Of a DNA stretch of 64,000 nt, positions 60,445 through 64,000 are shown piece by piece. The stretch is from assembly GCA_958428545.1 (NCBI GenBank), contig CAUAGM010000001.1:158428-222427 (forward strand). Reading direction: 5' to 3'. Source of the DNA: an uncultured Arcanobacterium sp. (lineage in GTDB: Bacteria; Actinomycetota; Actinomycetes; Actinomycetales; Actinomycetaceae). The position numbers and the translations under genes were made by a program. The notes beneath the pieces were generated by a model. That model was given only the letters and a program-made list of their open reading frames with translations. It was not told where the DNA came from and did not search any database. Every line of letters begins with the position of its first letter. Within the stretch, counting starts at the first letter, position 1.

Positions 60445-60743
60445 ATGAGCTGGAAGAAAGCTGTGGTCTGGCGGATTGAGATTGATGAAGACGTTCAACA
60501 ATCAATGAAAAAGCTCGACGTATCTGAAAAGCTCTTGTAGGTAATATGGCCGGTCTATGGCGTTATCGTGCAGGAGATTGCCGTATCGTATGCGATATTG
60601 AGGGTGATGCTCTTTTAGTTCTTGATTCTTGTTGGGGCGTGCGTGCAGACGTGAGGTTGATAAACGCAGATAATCTTTACGTAAAGCCTGCACTATATCG
60701 ATGCGTCAAAAATTTCTTGCACGTTTTTCATTGGTGCACTTAG
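60445..60743 (+). pseudogene. degraded RelE/ParE-family toxin remnant (internal stop, frameshift and deletion)
   Basis: Frame 1 reads MSWKKAVVWRIEIDEDVQQSMKKLDVSEKLL* (RelE N-terminal pattern). After the TAG at 60538 and a +1 shift it reads GLWRYRAGDCRIVCDIEGDALLVLD, matching the RelE core GLWR.RVGDYRIIY.I.D...V.VL. The C-terminal catalytic residues are degenerate. Confidence 0.4.
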
Positions 60744-60919
60744 GCTGCAGATCTCTGTGAGATTCTGGCCAGATTTTCCTGAGCGTTTAATACTTATTTT
60801 ATGTAAGAGGTATCAAAATATAGGCTTAAGGGCCCATAATGCATTAGAATTTTTGCGGACCGTGTTGTGCGGCTTCAAGTGAAGAAAGCGAAACAAGACC
60901 CAAAGAAGGGGCATGCGTA

Positions 60920-63676
60920 ATGACGAAGTATGTATATAACTTCACCGAGGGCAATAAAGATATGAAAGATCTTCTCGGTGGTAAAGGCGCGAACTTGGCA
61001 GAAATGACGAGCTTGGGGCTGCCGGTTCCTCCTGGATTTACTATCACCACCGATACGTGCCGTGCATATTTGAGCAGCGGTTCAGTGCCCGAAACTCTTG
61101 CTGTGGAAGTCACCACTGCAATTCGTGGCGTTGAAGAAAAAATGGGCAAGACTCTTGGCGACGCGGCAGATCCTCTCCTTGTTTCTGTGCGTTCGGGAGC
61201 TAAGTTCTCTATGCCTGGCATGATGGAGACGGTGCTCAACATCGGTTTGAACGATCAGAGCGTGCAGGGCTTGGCTCAGCAGGCTGGCAATGATCGTTTT
61301 GCGTGGGATTCTTATCGCCGTTTGATTCAGATGTTTGGCAAGACGGTGATGGATATTGATGGCGATCTTTTCGCTGACGAGCTGCACGGTTTGCAGGAGC
61401 GCAAGGGCTACAAGGGTGATCTTGATATGACCACCGAAGATCTCAAAGAGCTTGTGGATACGTATAAAAGGATTGTGAAGCGCGAGAAGGGCATTGATTT
61501 CCCGCAGGATCCGCGCGCCCAGCTCGATATGGCTGTGGAAGCGGTGTTCCGTTCGTGGAATACTGATCGTGCTCGTATCTATCGCCGTCGTGAGCGCATT
61601 CCGAACGATCTTGGTACTGCCGTCAATGTGCAGACGATGGTCTTTGGCAATATGGGTATGGATTCTGGTACAGGCGTGTGCTTCACTCGCGATCCATCAA
61701 CTGGGCATTCAGGCGTCTATGGTGATTATTTGCAGAATGCTCAAGGTGAAGACGTGGTGGCTGGTATTCGCAATACTCTTTCACTTGCCGATTTGGAGCG
61801 TCTTGATAAGAAGAGTTACGACGCGTTGCGTGAGATTATGCGTAAGCTTGAAACCCACTACCGCGATATGTGCGATATTGAGTTTACGATTCAAAAGGGT
61901 AAGCTCTGGATGCTGCAGACCCGCGTGGGTAAGCGTACTGCTTCGGCAGCTTTCCGTATTGCCGAGCAGCTTGTAAACGAGAAACTCATCACGAAAGATG
62001 AGGCGGTGACGCGTGTGACGGGCGATCAGCTCACGTCGCTACTCTTCCCGCAGTTTGATAAGAAAGCTGAAAAGAAGCTCATTTCCAAAGGTATGCCTGC
62101 TTCTCCGGGCGCTGCTGTGGGTGAGATTGTGATGAATAACGAGCAGGCTGTGGCTCGCACGAATGCTGGTGTGCCAGTTATTTTGGTTCGCCGTGAGACG
62201 AACCCGGATGATCTTCAGGGCATGGTTGTGGCTGCTGGTGTGCTTACGGCTCGCGGCGGCAAGACCTCTCATGCAGCTGTGGTGGCGCGCGGCATGGGGC
62301 GTTGCTGCGTGGTGGGTGCAGAAGACCTCATGGTTGATGAGGTGGCAGGCACTGTGTATGTGAAGAGCAAAGATGCCACCTATAAAGCTGGTGACGTGAT
62401 CGCTATCGATGGCGCGACTGGTGAAATTTTCGAAGGGGAAGTTCCTGTCACAGATTCTGCAGTGATGACCTATATTTCCAAAGGATATGATGCTGCTATC
62501 GAAGCTGCTGCGGCAGATGAAGACGTGACCGAATTGGTGACGGCTGTGCATCACATTCTGAGCCGTGCAGACGAGAAAGCAAAGCTGCAGGTGCGTGCAA
62601 ATGCTGATAACCCGGAGGATGCTCAGCGCTCGCGAGATTTTGGGGCGCAGGGGATTGGTTTGTGCCGCACGGAGCATATGTTCCTTGGCGATCGCCGTCA
62701 GCTGATCGAAAAAGTGATTCTTGCCGAAAGTGATTGTGAGCGTGAGGAAGCCTATGAGGCGCTTGTTCCACTGCAGAAGGGCGATTTCCTCGGTATGTTT
62801 GCCGCAATGGACGGGCGCCCTGTGACGGTTCGTCTGATTGATCCTCCGCTGCACGAGTTCCTCCCGGATCTCACGGAGCTTTCCGTGAAGCTTGCTGTGA
62901 AAGAGGCGCAGGGCGAGGAAATCACAGAAGATGAGAAGATTCTTTTGGCTGCGGTGAAGCAAAATCACGAAGCGAATCCGATGCTTGGTTTGCGCGGTAT
63001 TCGCCTTGGTTTGAAGATGCCAGGTTTGATTAAACTTCAGGTGCGTGCTATTGCTGAGGCGTATGTGGAGCTGAAGAAAGAAGGCAAGGATCCTCGGCCT
63101 GAGATTATGATTCCGCTTATCGGCTCTTCGCGCGAAATGCAGATCGCTTCTGATGTTGCTCGTGAGGTTTTGGCTGAGGTTTCCGAAGAGAGTGGTATGA
63201 AAGTTGATCTGCCTATCGGCAATATGATCGAATTGCCGCGTGCTGCTCTCACAGCTGATCGTATTGCTTGCGAGAGTAACTTCTTCTCCTTCGGCACAAA
63301 CGATCTCACTCAGACTACGTGGGGATTCTCGCGTGACGATGTGGAGGCGTCGTTCTTCAACGATTACTACGAGTATGGCGTTTTTGGCACCTCTCCGTTT
63401 GAGAGCATCGATTGGCGTGGAGTTGGCTCGCTTGTGCGTAGTGCTGCTGAGAGCGGACGTGCAGCTAATCCAGATCTGCATCTTGGTGTGTGCGGTGAGC
63501 ATGGCGGTGATCCGCAGTCGATCCATTTCTTCCACTGGGTTGGGCTGGATTATGTGAGCTGTTCGCCGTTCCGTGTGCCTGTGGCTCGTCTTGAGGCTGG
63601 GCGCGCTGCGATCTCAAATGAGAGCCAGGCTGCTGCTGAAGAAAATGGCGGGAGTGCCGTAAACGCGACTGCGTAG
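60920..63676 (+). CDS. ppdK: pyruvate, phosphate dikinase
   Basis: 918 aa. N-terminal ATP-grasp (GGKGANLAEM), central phospho-His domain (TARGGKTSHAAVVARG), C-terminal PEP-utilising TIM barrel (CGEHGGDP). Confidence 0.93.
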   Translation: MTKYVYNFTEGNKDMKDLLGGKGANLAEMTSLGLPVPPGFTITTDTCRAYLSSGSVPETLAVEVTTAIRGVEEKMGKTLGDAADPLLVSVRSGAKFSMPGMMETVLNIGLNDQSVQGLAQQAGNDRFAWDSYRRLIQMFGKTVMDIDGDLFADELHGLQERKGYKGDLDMTTEDLKELVDTYKRIVKREKGIDFPQDPRAQLDMAVEAVFRSWNTDRARIYRRRERIPNDLGTAVNVQTMVFGNMGMDSGTGVCFTRDPSTGHSGVYGDYLQNAQGEDVVAGIRNTLSLADLERLDKKSYDALREIMRKLETHYRDMCDIEFTIQKGKLWMLQTRVGKRTASAAFRIAEQLVNEKLITKDEAVTRVTGDQLTSLLFPQFDKKAEKKLISKGMPASPGAAVGEIVMNNEQAVARTNAGVPVILVRRETNPDDLQGMVVAAGVLTARGGKTSHAAVVARGMGRCCVVGAEDLMVDEVAGTVYVKSKDATYKAGDVIAIDGATGEIFEGEVPVTDSAVMTYISKGYDAAIEAAAADEDVTELVTAVHHILSRADEKAKLQVRANADNPEDAQRSRDFGAQGIGLCRTEHMFLGDRRQLIEKVILAESDCEREEAYEALVPLQKGDFLGMFAAMDGRPVTVRLIDPPLHEFLPDLTELSVKLAVKEAQGEEITEDEKILLAAVKQNHEANPMLGLRGIRLGLKMPGLIKLQVRAIAEAYVELKKEGKDPRPEIMIPLIGSSREMQIASDVAREVLAEVSEESGMKVDLPIGNMIELPRAALTADRIACESNFFSFGTNDLTQTTWGFSRDDVEASFFNDYYEYGVFGTSPFESIDWRGVGSLVRSAAESGRAANPDLHLGVCGEHGGDPQSIHFFHWVGLDYVSCSPFRVPVARLEAGRAAISNESQAAAEENGGSAVNATA

Positions 63677-63736
63677 CAATATAAAGCGCTGTTCTCATGC
63701 TGCATAAGCATGAGATGGCAGTGCGTCTTTAATTGT

Positions 63737-63816
63737 ACTGGCGCGCGCCGCAGTGTTGAGCAGATTCTTTAAGTGAGAATCTTAAAGAATCTGCTTGATG
63801 CGGGCGCGCGCCAGTA
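63737..63816 (+). terminator. 80-nt imperfect palindrome (compound hairpin) downstream of ppdK; candidate terminator or REP-like element
   Basis: Outer 12-bp stem ctggcgcgcgcc pairs with ggcgcgcgccag. Inner 14-bp stem gcagattctttaag pairs with cttaaagaatctgc around a tgaga loop. Preceded by a smaller hairpin tctcatgc-tgcataa-gcatgaga (63693-63715). Confidence 0.45.
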
Positions 63817-63916
63817 TATATGAGCGCGATATATGTGTGCTCAAATGTGTAAGTGCTATGTATCCCAAATGCTCACGCGCTATTTTCGGGTGTTTATATC
63901 TGCGGATCTTTAAGAG

Positions 63917-63985
63917 TTGTCCAATCAGGACTTGCGCAATCAGGATTTGCACAATCAGGAGTGTGCAATTAGGAGCTGCGCAACA
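63917..63985. repeat. tandem array (about 4.5 copies) of a degenerate 15-bp unit ttgcRcaatcaggaN
   Basis: tgtccaatcaggac / ttgcgcaatcaggat / ttgcacaatcaggag / tgtgcaattaggag / ctgcgcaac. Confidence 0.5.
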
Positions 63986-64000
63986 TTGTGTTGATTTAAT

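Noticed and set aside
62039-63535. 498-aa ORF on the minus strand
   Set aside because: It lies entirely antisense to ppdK, whose + strand product has unmistakable PPDK motifs. It is a long shadow ORF.

Overview
This is a 64 kb chromosomal window from an Actinomycetota genome at about 50% GC. The lineage is inferred from gene content: an OdhA/Kgd-type 1251-aa 2-oxoglutarate dehydrogenase, a ClpB/ClpC pair, HspR- and ClgR-like operator candidates, and argS-lysA linkage. Reading left to right on the + strand unless stated:

- **N-acetylhexosamine/oligosaccharide uptake locus (2-8442).** A 5'-partial UDPGP-family sugar-1-P uridylyltransferase, a sugar ABC transporter (binding protein plus two permeases), an intracellular GH20 β-N-acetylhexosaminidase, a DeoR regulator, and an NTP-transferase / NahK-like anomeric kinase pair.
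- **Second sugar ABC operon (8962-13902)** with a LacI regulator and a DUF624 protein.
- **Minus-strand block (13855-19182)** of a PfkB sugar kinase, an SGNH-like hydrolase and the giant kgd gene.
- **Two CNNM/CBS transporter genes, an M23 peptidase and a glycerophosphodiester phosphodiesterase (19437-23929).**
- **Three-gene MacB-type ABC efflux system (24040-27110, minus).**
- **About 2 kb AT-rich islet (27111-29093)** with a DUF4190/DUF4352 membrane protein abutting the 3' end of tRNA-Arg(CCG).
- **Housekeeping genes** argS, aspA, lysA, ybaK(-), gluQ, clpB.
- **A long repeat-rich non-coding stretch, then a membrane protein, a nitrobindin-like protein, ygfZ, dtd and clpC.**
- **A RelB/DinJ-PIN toxin-antitoxin pair (46816-47464).**
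- **Eight-gene aromatic amino-acid supraoperon (47938-57086):** aroG-pheA-aroB-aroC-aroE::aroK-aroQ-aroA-tyrA. It is preceded by a Tyr/Phe-rich leader-peptide attenuator (47671-47748), which is the most interesting feature in the window.
- **Malic enzyme (-), MFS transporter (-), a degraded RelE/ParE remnant, and ppdK.**

No rRNA, CRISPR array or intact mobile element was found. Several G7-G9 homopolymer tracts and Z-DNA-prone GT-rich intergenic repeats are present.
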